Shown one piece after another: positions 1 to 7,691 of a stretch of DNA of 40,594 bases (position 1 is the stretch's first letter; every line of letters begins with the position of its first letter). This DNA is from a virus (lineage: Duplodnaviria; Caudoviricetes), in IMG/VR virus record IMGVR_UViG_3300026543_000028, positions 1-40,594 of that record; one strand, written 5' to 3'. The position numbers were made by a program, and so were the translations under genes. The notes under the pieces were generated by a model, which was given only the letters and a program-made list of their open reading frames with translations, was not told the origin of the DNA and made no database searches.

Positions 1-117
1 CATACATTTCTCCGTTTTAGTTCTCGTTTGATTAGTAATTCTTGCCGCTTCGCCCCGATCAGTGATTTAGGAATATCAACTCCTTTCAACGTGTTATGGG
101 CTGTCAATACGTGTATA
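1..117. repeat. 117-bp direct repeat, left copy (circular overlap)
   Basis: 1-117 (catacatttc...gtgtata) is identical to 40478-40594. Confidence 0.97.
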
Positions 118-410
118 ATATGAGCATCTGCCAATGTTTCAGAGTTCTTTTTATGACGCTTTTTATTGGACTTCCTGAGTGTTGCTCGGTGGCGATCTAG
201 ATTTTCTGGTTTCTTTCTCCAATCAGTCATCCGGTCAATCTTCATCTGCCTAAACACTTTGTCTGTTTTGCTTCTATTTCTTTGATACTCAATGGTGTAG
301 GTATCGCTGCATTTTTTGCATTTACTCATTCTTCCATTTGGCCCCAATTCTCGGCGTCGATAAAACTCAGAAATATCCTTTTCTACTTTGCAACAACTGC
401 AAGCCTTCAT
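1..410 (-). CDS. Basic CxxC...CxxC zinc-binding protein, 136 aa, crossing the circular junction (not in ORF track)
   Basis: Hand translation MKACSCCKVEKDISEFYRRRELGPNGRMSKCKKC...KRELKRRNV; TGA is completed across the junction and overlaps the ATG at 40480; AGGAG RBS. Confidence 0.8.
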   Translation of the reverse strand, partial: MKACSCCKVEKDISEFYRRRELGPNGRMSKCKKCSDTYTIEYQRNRSKTDKVFRQMKIDRMTDWRKKPENLDRHRATLRKSNKKRHKKNSETLADAHIIHVLTAHNTLKGVDIPKSLIGAKRQELLIKRELKRRNV

Positions 411-463
411 CTCTCTCACTCCTTTGCTGCTATAATACAAGGGTTAACTACTGTTCAACTGGC

Positions 464-628
464 TTAGATTTGATCCACGTAGTTTTGACAACAAGCGTTT
501 GAGCAAAAGCACATATCACTCTTGTCGCTGTACCTAAAGCCGTCATTACTATCAGGGATTTCTTTGTCGCAATAATCACAAATCCAAAAACCATCATCGT
601 ATTCGTTTTCATCATCAACAATTTCCAT
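464..628 (-). CDS. Small acidic Cys-rich protein, 54 aa
   Basis: Hand translation MEIVDDENEYDDGFWICDYCDKE...FCSNACC; GGGGA RBS. Confidence 0.65.
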   Translation of the reverse strand: MEIVDDENEYDDGFWICDYCDKEIPDSNDGFRYSDKSDMCFCSNACCQNYVDQI

Positions 629-653
629 ATTCGGTTCCCCTAGTGGTGTATAA

Positions 654-809
654 TTAGTCTTGCTCTGGAATCATTCTTTCAAGATTGTCCAGAAAGTCTT
701 TAACATCGCTCATTTGCGAAGTCGTGTAGTGAGAGCAAATAATCTCCCCATATTGACCCCAGCAATCTAATAACGAATCAAGGCACTGTCTCGGCGTTAA
801 CTCTTCCAT
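654..809 (-). CDS. Hypothetical protein, 51 aa
   Basis: Hand translation MEELTPRQCLDSLLDCWGQYG...; packs between neighbours. Confidence 0.55.
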   Translation of the reverse strand: MEELTPRQCLDSLLDCWGQYGEIICSHYTTSQMSDVKDFLDNLERMIPEQD

Positions 810-810
810 C

Positions 811-891
811 TCAAACCCCCGCCATCAGTATAATAAGCATAATAAGAAAACAGCCTAAAGAGCATGCTAAACAAGGAAGTATTGATTTCAT
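811..891 (-). CDS. Small hydrophobic peptide, 26 aa
   Basis: MKSILPCLACSLGCFLIMLIILMAGV; GAGGA RBS; fills the gap between neighbours. Confidence 0.45.
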   Translation of the reverse strand: MKSILPCLACSLGCFLIMLIILMAGV

Positions 892-893
892 GA

Positions 894-1079
894 CTAGTCC
901 TCGTCCAAGGGAGCCACTGAGTAAGCGTCGCCGCACCACCATGCCATCGCCAATTCCTCACTCTGAACATCGAAGTCTCCAAAACCAAGTTTCTTTAAAG
1001 CGTCTCGAATTGATTCGGCCTCTACTGGCTGACCACAAAATGTCGCGGTTTCTTCTTTAATCGCTTGATATGTTTTCAT
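894..1079 (-). CDS. Hypothetical protein
   Basis: ORF track; AGGAGG upstream. Confidence 0.65.
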   Translation of the reverse strand: MKTYQAIKEETATFCGQPVEAESIRDALKKLGFGDFDVQSEELAMAWWCGDAYSVAPLDED

Positions 1080-1100
1080 CCTTCATTACCTCCTAATGGG

Positions 1101-1301
1101 TTAATCAGAAACTAATTCTTGATGCATCTTTTCAATAGCATCCATAAATTCTTGGCTTGGGTTGTCAACATGGCCCCTGAATATCGACCATACAGTTGTA
1201 TTGTTAATGCCAAGCTTCTCCGAAATCTTCCTGATACTCCACCGAGTCTGCTTCTTGATTTCTTTGAGTGCCTTGGCTGCTTCTTTGCCTGTTTCAATCA
1301 T
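1101..1301 (-). CDS. XRE/Cro-like helix-turn-helix regulator
   Basis: WSIRKISEKLGINNTTVWSIFRG HTH pattern; GAGGTG RBS; first gene after the divergent promoter. Confidence 0.85.
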   Translation of the reverse strand: MIETGKEAAKALKEIKKQTRWSIRKISEKLGINNTTVWSIFRGHVDNPSQEFMDAIEKMHQELVSD

Positions 1302-1323
1302 GTTTCACCTCTCAAGTTTTGCT

Positions 1324-1391
1324 ATTATGGGCATACTGTTCTGGATATGTCAAGAAATAATTATTGACAATGGCGTCAATTGCTGTATCTT
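1324..1391. promoter_or_regulatory. Divergent sigma70-type promoters with an overlapping palindromic operator
   Basis: - strand TTGACA(1353-1348)-18-CATAAT; + strand TTGACA(1364-1369)-16-TATCTT; palindrome ATTGAC-N6-GTCAAT at 1363-1380. Confidence 0.75.
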
Positions 1392-1429
1392 GGTAGTCAC
1401 AGTCAAGCCAAACAACGGGAGAGAACGGG

Positions 1430-1666
1430 ATGAGTCAAGCAGAGAGAAAAGAAGCGGCTAAAAAGGTAAGGGTGGCAGTAAACCAATTCAACAAAGCCAT
1501 CAAGGAGTGTCTTGATCTGGAGATGCAGATAGCCTTTATCTCTTTTGAATCTAATGGTTGGGGCTGCTACAGGGAGGCCAACGAAGATGAAGATACTTAT
1601 TCGGACTGGATAGATATAGATAAAATCACTTATCAACCACCAACTCCGCCAGTCAAGACCTATTAA
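1430..1666 (+). CDS. Hypothetical early protein
   Basis: ORF track; GGGAGAG RBS; first gene of the + arm. Confidence 0.7.
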   Translation: MSQAERKEAAKKVRVAVNQFNKAIKECLDLEMQIAFISFESNGWGCYREANEDEDTYSDWIDIDKITYQPPTPPVKTY

Positions 1667-1691
1667 CCACTCAGTTAACACGGGAACAATC

Positions 1692-1928
1692 ATGGAAGCC
1701 GAAAAGAAACCAATCAGATGCAGGACTAAGGGTTGTAACCGACGATTCAGAACTCCTGAAGCACTAAAGCAGCACAAACTAGCTAAACACGATTTCACAG
1801 ATGTTGATGTTGCGCAAATATCGGCAACAGATTTCAGTGCTATGTATGGCGATCTCCCAGATGGAGCCTTTTTCGCAATGGCTGAAGAGATGGGAATTTC
1901 AATAGAAGATTTCGCAGAGGAAGGATAG
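1692..1928 (+). CDS. C2H2 zinc-finger protein with acidic C-terminus
   Basis: CRTKGCNRRFRTPEALKQHKLAKH fits C-x4-C-x3-F-x5-L-x2-H-x4-H. Confidence 0.75.
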   Translation: MEAEKKPIRCRTKGCNRRFRTPEALKQHKLAKHDFTDVDVAQISATDFSAMYGDLPDGAFFAMAEEMGISIEDFAEEG

Positions 1929-1931
1929 GTC

Positions 1932-2165
1932 ATGCAAATAGACACAGCCTTTATAACCGAAGCTATTGATAATGCCTCTACGGAGGAAAACAAATGCTTA
2001 TTGGAAGCTATGGAGATGAAGTCTGCCCGAAACACCGGATTCATCTTAATGTCAATCGTAGACGCCCATTTGGAAGCCCTAGAGGAAGAGACTAGAGACA
2101 ACCCTAGTCAGGGGGATATGGAAAAGGAATTAAACGAAGATGCTGATAGAGCGGGGATAAACTAA
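1932..2165 (+). CDS. Acidic hypothetical protein
   Basis: ORF track; operon packing. Confidence 0.7.
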   Translation: MQIDTAFITEAIDNASTEENKCLLEAMEMKSARNTGFILMSIVDAHLEALEEETRDNPSQGDMEKELNEDADRAGIN

Positions 2166-2166
2166 A

Positions 2167-2436
2167 ATGGATACTAAATTTACACCGGGACCGTGGGAGA
2201 TTGTTGATCATGGAAATGCGTTCGATATTAACTGCGCAGAAGGGACGGTTGTTACAGCGCACGGGAAAGACAATGCGGCAGTAATATCAGCGTGTCCAGA
2301 TATGTATGCAGCTCTTGCAATGGTCTTAGGAAAGATTAAGCGCAACCCATTTTCTGGCGATCACAAAATAGAAGATTGGGGGCCGAGAGATTCAGAGATT
2401 GTTCACAAGGCAATGTATAAGGCAGAGGGGAAATAG
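2167..2436 (+). CDS. Phage protein of the FTPGPW...ISACPDMYAAL type
   Basis: TPGPW and A(A)P(D/E)L/M motifs typical of phage early genes. Confidence 0.8.
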   Translation: MDTKFTPGPWEIVDHGNAFDINCAEGTVVTAHGKDNAAVISACPDMYAALAMVLGKIKRNPFSGDHKIEDWGPRDSEIVHKAMYKAEGK

Positions 2437-2437
2437 C

Positions 2438-2620
2438 ATGATCTACATCAATCAATCAACTTTTGGTCAACAGAATACTATTGCCGAATTTACCAAATCC
2501 GAAGAAGCCAAGGACGCTATTAAAGAGATTAGAAAATCCAATACTGGTAGCCATTATTATATCACAAGCACCCCTACATACTATTGGGAGTTGATAAAGG
2601 AAATGAGGACAAGGCGATGA
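2438..2620 (+). CDS. Hypothetical protein
   Basis: ORF track; start moved to ATG 2438 after GAGGGG. Confidence 0.65.
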   Translation: MIYINQSTFGQQNTIAEFTKSEEAKDAIKEIRKSNTGSHYYITSTPTYYWELIKEMRTRR

Positions 2621-2871
2621 GCGAAGTAACAGATATTAACGAGTTCAGAGGAAAGCGCCAGAACCAACGAATAGCCAGCAGAATGCTTGAGAGCGCCTGT
2701 GAGGCACAAAGAAAGGAGGCTGCTAGATTGGACAGGGAGCCCATGATAAACCCGTGGGAGTGGCTAGACACCGCCTTAGAGGGCAAAACACCCGCAGAGC
2801 AGATAGTTATCATTGCTGGAGTAGGGGGAATGTTTGGATGGACGAATATTGAATTGGAGAAATCGGAATGA
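2617..2871 (+). CDS. Hypothetical protein
   Basis: ATGA overlap at 2617; GAGGA RBS. Confidence 0.65.
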   Translation: MSEVTDINEFRGKRQNQRIASRMLESACEAQRKEAARLDREPMINPWEWLDTALEGKTPAEQIVIIAGVGGMFGWTNIELEKSE

Positions 2872-3095
2872 ACAACGATCAAGCATTTCCTCAAAGCGCA
2901 GCAAACGAAGGCCCGATGGGTGATAAAAATTACCCCGGAGATGGCCTAATCAAGCTGGAGTATGCGGCTATACAGGCAATGAGCGGGATGATGGCTGCGT
3001 GCGATCCTTTTGAGGAAGTTGACGCAGAGGTATTAGCGGAAGGCGCTGTGAGTATTTCCAAAGCCTTATTTGCAGAACTGGAGAAAGAGTCATGA
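2868..3095 (+). CDS. Small phage protein of the AFP...G(M/L)xxx(D/E)Y(F/A)A..AM type
   Basis: QAFPQ...GLIKLEYAAIQAMSGMMA motif; ATGA overlaps at both ends. Confidence 0.8.
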   Translation: MNNDQAFPQSAANEGPMGDKNYPGDGLIKLEYAAIQAMSGMMAACDPFEEVDAEVLAEGAVSISKALFAELEKES

Positions 3096-4150
3096 GCGAA
3101 GAAAGCAAAGAGCTAACCATTTACGACTACATGGACAAGGCAGAGCCAAAGTTTGAACACGCCCCGATGGGCATGGTGTTTGAGCAAGAGAAAAGCTACG
3201 CGGTGCAACTATTCGCGGCCAATGACTATCTTGAGAAGGTGGCTAGACAGTCTCCAATCTCTCTGTTGTCAGCAATGGCTAACGTAGCGTCCATAGGACT
3301 CTCTCTGAACCCCGCTAAGAAGCAAGCATACTTAGTACCAAGGGGTGGGAAGATATGCCTAGATCCGTCTTATATGGGCATGTGTGACCTTGCTATCCAA
3401 TCGGGTACTTTGCAGTTTGTCCAGGCGAAGACCGTTTATGCCAATGATGAGTATGTAAACAACGGGGTAGACGATAAGCCTTCTCATTCATTCAATGCTT
3501 TTGGGGATAGGGGCGCAGTCATTGGGTTTTACTGTGTAGCCAAAACGGTTCATGGCGACTACCTGACTAACGAAATGAGCAAGGAAGAAACAGATGGTAT
3601 AATGAATCGCTCTGAATCTGCCAAGAAAAACAAAGGCCCATGGATGACCGACTACAACGAAATGGCTAAAAAGACAGTTATCAGGCAGGCGTTCAAAACG
3701 TGGCCCAAGACTGAAAAGTTAGACCGGATGGCGCAAGCAGTCGAACTATCAAATCAGAATGAGGAATTTGAACCACTAGTGACCTCTCCCGAATTGCAGG
3801 AATACACCAACGAGCAAAAGATATACTTTGATCAGCTAATCGAAAAATCAGACGCAATAGGAATGTTCTGTTTTATCAAGCAAATCGGTGCTGGCGTGTA
3901 TATGAGCCTGTATAACTCGTTTGACAAAGACATTACCAAATACAAGGCTGTCATAGGGGATCTGGAGAGAAGCGGTGCAGCGCAAGCCCTAGACTGCAAA
4001 ACAGTCGTAGAAGAAGCTGCTATGAATGAGGATGATTTGGGTGTCCGAGAAGTGATAGAGGATTTGTCACAGGAAGCGGTTCAGTGGATCAAAGAAAGTG
4101 TGACCGACGAAGCCCTAACCTTCATTAATTCTCTAGCAGAGCCAGCATGA
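3092..4150 (+). CDS. recT: RecT-family single-strand annealing protein
   Basis: GLSLNPAKKQAYLVPR...SYMGMCDLA and PW..DYNEMAKKTVIR motifs. Confidence 0.9.
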   Translation: MSEESKELTIYDYMDKAEPKFEHAPMGMVFEQEKSYAVQLFAANDYLEKVARQSPISLLSAMANVASIGLSLNPAKKQAYLVPRGGKICLDPSYMGMCDLAIQSGTLQFVQAKTVYANDEYVNNGVDDKPSHSFNAFGDRGAVIGFYCVAKTVHGDYLTNEMSKEETDGIMNRSESAKKNKGPWMTDYNEMAKKTVIRQAFKTWPKTEKLDRMAQAVELSNQNEEFEPLVTSPELQEYTNEQKIYFDQLIEKSDAIGMFCFIKQIGAGVYMSLYNSFDKDITKYKAVIGDLERSGAAQALDCKTVVEEAAMNEDDLGVREVIEDLSQEAVQWIKESVTDEALTFINSLAEPA

Positions 4151-4338
4151 GCAAGCCTAACATTGACCGTGTTTGCCTAACCTGCAATGACTTTAAAAAG
4201 GGCAAAGAGTTTCAATACAATTACTCAAAAGACTGTATGCCCTGCTTTAATCTAAAGGCAACGGCAGAGAGACATGCTAGTAATGTGCCTGACCTGGCCT
4301 TTCAGAAACGCGCAGAATTGTTATTCTTTAGTGTTTAG
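4147..4338 (+). CDS. Small CxxC/CxxC protein; paralog of 37176-37484
   Basis: NIDRVCLTC...DCMPC...NVPDLAFQ. Confidence 0.75.
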   Translation: MSKPNIDRVCLTCNDFKKGKEFQYNYSKDCMPCFNLKATAERHASNVPDLAFQKRAELLFFSV

Positions 4339-4371
4339 TATCAACAACTTACGGTATAATGGGAGATAGAA

Positions 4372-4695
4372 ATGAGCGAGATTGACGAAATCAAAGCCGA
4401 TGAAGAGGGGGTTATGACATCAACCCTTATTCGCGCATTTAGAGCCGCTGGCTGTGACCCTGCTTGCCATTGCTGCTTTAAGACTCTCAAGGAGGGGGAT
4501 AAATTCAAACTGGCGAAAGTAGAAACCATGAAGCTGAATTACTACTCGATAGTGGAAAGCGTTAATGATGAAATGCTATGCGAAGACTGTACACCAAGAA
4601 TGTTAAAAGGGAGGCGCAAGAAGCAGCGGGCTGATTGGGTTGCCAGTAAGACTTCTGGATTCACAAGAAAACACATAAGCATCACAGGGAGATGA
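4372..4695 (+). CDS. Cys-containing hypothetical protein
   Basis: CHCC and CEDC; GGGAG RBS. Confidence 0.7.
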   Translation: MSEIDEIKADEEGVMTSTLIRAFRAAGCDPACHCCFKTLKEGDKFKLAKVETMKLNYYSIVESVNDEMLCEDCTPRMLKGRRKKQRADWVASKTSGFTRKHISITGR

Positions 4696-4698
4696 AGA

Positions 4699-5034
4699 AT
4701 GAGTGAAGAGAAGCCAAGTTTTGAAGCTAGGCCAAATGGTGATGTCTGGAGAGTTGTTGAAATAGCGAATGAGGCCACCGTTCTATTTTCTATTCACGGG
4801 GCAGACGAGGCAAAAGCAGCAGCGAAATACCTTGATTACAAACAATCCAGAATCGACTCAATGCAAGCCGCTCTCAATGCCTATGAAGGCAAGGTAGTAA
4901 TAGATATTGAGACAGCGGAATGTGCAGAATTAGCACTCAAATTATCATGTCAGACGCTTTCCGGAGTTGAAGAGAAGAAGCAACTGAAAGCCCTATCCAC
5001 TGCCATTCGCAAACAAGGAGTGACAGGCGTATAA
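4699..5034 (+). CDS. Hypothetical protein
   Basis: ORF track; GGGGAG RBS. Confidence 0.65.
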   Translation: MSEEKPSFEARPNGDVWRVVEIANEATVLFSIHGADEAKAAAKYLDYKQSRIDSMQAALNAYEGKVVIDIETAECAELALKLSCQTLSGVEEKKQLKALSTAIRKQGVTGV

Positions 5035-5041
5035 TCAGTAG

Positions 5042-5269
5042 ATGGCTGACATAACAGAACACGCTAAGAACAATCCTTTAGTCACAGCATTATTAGCTTT
5101 GGTAGTAGGTGGTGGAGGGTTTAACATCTACCAAGAAGGAGCAGAAGAGAAAGATAACGACGCATTCAGACAGGCTGATATTATTCAGGATCAGAATTAC
5201 GCTGATTTACTTCAAAGCCATAACGACATGAGGACAGAATTAGCGTTAATCAGGCAAATACTGGAATGA
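5042..5269 (+). CDS. Single-TM membrane protein with coiled-coil tail
   Basis: LVTALLALVVGGGG hydrophobic segment. Confidence 0.65.
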   Translation: MADITEHAKNNPLVTALLALVVGGGGFNIYQEGAEEKDNDAFRQADIIQDQNYADLLQSHNDMRTELALIRQILE

Positions 5270-5451
5270 AATGGCCCTTCAGACGCTCTCAGAAGCTTTC
5301 TATTGAAGGTATTTTAAAGAGGCAGTCCAGGCTAAGTAAGGACGTATCGACGCTTAGAAGGCAGCTAACAATGGAAGATGAGATATACTGCAAGGATTCG
5401 AAAACAAGAGAGCTATCTGAAGAGTCAATATTCAACAGGATACCCCACTAA
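5266..5451 (+). CDS. Hypothetical protein
   Basis: ATGA/TAATG coupling to neighbours. Confidence 0.6.
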   Translation: MKWPFRRSQKLSIEGILKRQSRLSKDVSTLRRQLTMEDEIYCKDSKTRELSEESIFNRIPH

Positions 5452-5798
5452 TGACTGATTTTTTCGTAGCGAATGAGCAAAGAATCCAAGTAAGGGAGAT
5501 ATTACACTTTGCGGATGATATCAAAAAGCATTCTGTAGACTTCAGTATGTGGGTAGACGATAACGCCACAGTCACGAGTGTTACGTGGACAGTTGAAAGT
5601 GGCAGTGCATCGATTAGCAACGAATCCCTAACTTCAAACAAGAGTACTATCACCGTAACGACCACAGAATCAGGCTTTTCGATGTTAAAAGCCGTGGCTA
5701 CAGACGGTACACATTCAGAAGCTGTTTACATCCGACTAAGAGCAAGAGATCCCCAAGAATTCCCAATAGATGATTACTGGAACCGATGGTGTTGGTAA
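5451..5798 (+). CDS. Beta-rich Ig-like protein resembling phage fibre-tail adaptors
   Basis: SVDFSMWVDDNATVTSVTWTV... Ser/Thr-rich beta-strand pattern. Confidence 0.6.
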   Translation: MTDFFVANEQRIQVREILHFADDIKKHSVDFSMWVDDNATVTSVTWTVESGSASISNESLTSNKSTITVTTTESGFSMLKAVATDGTHSEAVYIRLRARDPQEFPIDDYWNRWCW

Positions 5799-5811
5799 AC
5801 GAGGATAAATC

Positions 5812-5934
5812 ATGACTGTACACAAGAACGATAAAGGCAAACGCACATCACACAGATCAAGCCATAAGCCCAAATCACCAACAAGGACAGGGCATAGAAC
5901 AGCCGCCAAGAAGGCAAGCAGGGCCCGGAAATAA
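5812..5934 (+). CDS. Very basic 40-aa peptide (not in ORF track)
   Basis: MTVHKNDKGKRTSHRSSHKPKSPTRTGHRTAAKKASRARK; GAGGA RBS. Confidence 0.6.
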   Translation: MTVHKNDKGKRTSHRSSHKPKSPTRTGHRTAAKKASRARK

Positions 5935-5935
5935 C

Positions 5936-6142
5936 GTGTTAGAAGAATGCAGTAGTGGTGATATATGTTCTATGTGCCATTCAGAAGCGATCAAGAGCAT
6001 TATGTGCGATGTAACCCTGTGCAGTAATGAAATACATTTATGTCAAAGTCATTATCATCAATTAGCCGGTGAGATCATCAGAGACTTACCCACTAAGACC
6101 ATAGACAGCCCACAATACGTGGCTAACAGGACAATGCAATGA
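5936..6142 (+). CDS. Cys/His-rich small protein
   Basis: CSMC...LCQSH; ATGA overlap downstream. Confidence 0.55.
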   Translation: MLEECSSGDICSMCHSEAIKSIMCDVTLCSNEIHLCQSHYHQLAGEIIRDLPTKTIDSPQYVANRTMQ

Positions 6143-6414
6143 AAGAATGTGCAAACTGCGACAAAGACCTAACTAACCACACGACTGTCTTTAAGCTACC
6201 CGGTAATGAGGAGCTATTCTGCGGCGAAGGATGCAGTGCTGCTTGGTATCCTAATTACTCCCAGGATAAGCCGCTAGAACTACCGAGAAGCGCAGTAGAA
6301 CGATTACTCCCGAACCTCTACATCTTTGGCAAAGAGACACGGGAAGCATGGCCTAATGATGAATCCAACATATTCTTGGCAAACCCACCCACTAATAGCG
6401 AATCTAACCAATGA
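6139..6414 (+). CDS. TRASH/FCS-like zinc-binding protein
   Basis: CANC...FCGEGC. Confidence 0.65.
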   Translation: MKECANCDKDLTNHTTVFKLPGNEELFCGEGCSAAWYPNYSQDKPLELPRSAVERLLPNLYIFGKETREAWPNDESNIFLANPPTNSESNQ

Positions 6415-6677
6415 AGCCAAGACTACGATATAACTGGGAGCATAAACACTTTGTCGGCGGTAAAACAGAACCAGAGAATAAAGATAGAGCCCACGATCTA
6501 TGCGTCCTGCACGACTTAATGACTAACGGCAAAATAACCCCGGAAGACGGCTATATCCACTGCACAGACCTATTAACAATCCAATACGTTAAGGAACATC
6601 GATCCAAATTCACCAAAGACCTGTATCTAACAGTGAAGAATCTCAACATCAAAGGAACTATTCCCGCCACCAGCTAG
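6411..6677 (+). CDS. Hypothetical protein
   Basis: ORF track; ATGA overlap. Confidence 0.6.
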   Translation: MKPRLRYNWEHKHFVGGKTEPENKDRAHDLCVLHDLMTNGKITPEDGYIHCTDLLTIQYVKEHRSKFTKDLYLTVKNLNIKGTIPATS

Positions 6678-6825
6678 GAAAGCATACACCTATCCACTAA
6701 TCGCTTTTACCAATAACAAAGACACCATCAATCGCTAATTCCTATCAACTAACATCTTAGTTATCAATTCCCTATAATTTACACAAAAGAGGTAATCAAA
6801 ACCATTACCTGTACCGTATTCATTG

Positions 6826-6922
6826 GGCTGTAGAGCAGTTATACCAATACAATAGCACTGTAGACCGCATTAATAGGCTGTAAATACCAGTAAATAGGCT
6901 GTATAGAGCTGCACTAATAGCT
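6826..6922. repeat. Imperfect tandem repeats with about 21-bp period (AATAGG/CTGTA)
   Basis: AATAGCACTGTA 6851, AATAGGCTGTA 6872, AATAGGCTGTA 6893, AATAGCT 6916. Confidence 0.7.
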
Positions 6923-6936
6923 AATGAGCACGCCAC

Positions 6937-6998
6937 TTCTATCAAACTGTTTGGCAAGAACACCGATAATCCTTGCTTTCTATCAAACTGTTTGGCAA
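6937..6998. repeat. Exact 21-bp direct repeat TTCTATCAAACTGTTTGGCAA, two copies (candidate operators)
   Basis: Copies at 6937-6957 and 6978-6998; internal dyad CAAAC-T-GTTTG. Confidence 0.9.
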
Positions 6999-7010
6999 AG
7001 TAAGGGAATC

Positions 7011-7187
7011 ATGTTGAATACAGCATCAGGTCAAGCAAAAGAGTATGGAGCGAAGTCGCTATCGTGGGTGTCCAGGGCTAGTGGAGTTAGCCGACAGACC
7101 TTGACCAACTGGTTCAACAATAAGCCTGCACTATTTCGGTGCGTGTGCTTGGGTAGCCTGGCAATGGAGAGTGAGTGCAACCAATAG
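7011..7187 (+). CDS. Small HTH DNA-binding protein
   Basis: SLSWVSRASGVSRQTLTNWFN HTH; AAGGGA RBS supports start 7011. Confidence 0.75.
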   Translation: MLNTASGQAKEYGAKSLSWVSRASGVSRQTLTNWFNNKPALFRCVCLGSLAMESECNQ

Positions 7188-7200
7188 GAGGGTAAAGGTA

Positions 7201-7281
7201 ATGGGTAGACACAAAGTAGGTTTCATCTGGTTCAACGTCATCTGGATACTAATGGTGATAGTTGTCTATGCAGTGTATTGA
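7201..7281 (+). CDS. 26-aa single-TM peptide
   Basis: MGRHKVGFIWFNVIWILMVIVVYAVY; AGGAGG upstream. Confidence 0.5.
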   Translation: MGRHKVGFIWFNVIWILMVIVVYAVY

Positions 7282-7311
7282 ACAGCTAACCAATAGGGCA
7301 ATGGAGGAAGC

Positions 7312-7491
7312 ATGAGCAATCGCAAGCAGAGAGATAAGAATAGAGCCACAGCGAAAAGATTAACTATACGCATATTTAGCGAGGATTGCGCAAGGCTTGG
7401 GACAGGAGTTCTGGTCTTGTCTACAAGCGGTGTAGAGCGCATACCTTACACAGACTTCTTTAGGCCAGTCAGGACAATGGGGGGAGCATGA
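7312..7491 (+). CDS. Hypothetical protein, 59 aa (not in ORF track)
   Basis: GGAGG RBS; ATGA overlap with 7488. Confidence 0.6.
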   Translation: MSNRKQRDKNRATAKRLTIRIFSEDCARLGTGVLVLSTSGVERIPYTDFFRPVRTMGGA

Positions 7492-7691
7492 GAAAAGGAG
7501 TATCAATAGAGCAGTTTGTTGCAACGTGCAGTTGGTGTGAACTGGCAGAGCATCCTGGCTACTCCTGCAAGGGCGCAAAAGGGCTGTTCGACAAACCAGA
7601 CAACAGCGGACAGTCACAACTAGACCGCATTGAGAGCTTACTACAGGCCATTACAGAGCGCTTGAAGGATATCCCTAAGGATACTACCTAA
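7488..7691 (+). CDS. Small Cys/His protein with QSQLDRIE coiled-coil tail
   Basis: CSWC..H...C; motif shared with 31456-32193. Confidence 0.65.
   Translation: MRKGVSIEQFVATCSWCELAEHPGYSCKGAKGLFDKPDNSGQSQLDRIESLLQAITERLKDIPKDTT

Noticed and set aside
1112-1297. Alternative-frame ORF inside the HTH gene
   Set aside because: The 1101-1301 frame has the RBS and the HTH motif
1403-2101. 232-aa minus-strand ORF
   Set aside because: Antisense shadow of three RBS-bearing + strand genes
6937-6998. Mini CRISPR array
   Set aside because: Only two 21-bp repeats with a 20-bp spacer and no cas genes; operator-like dyads explain it better
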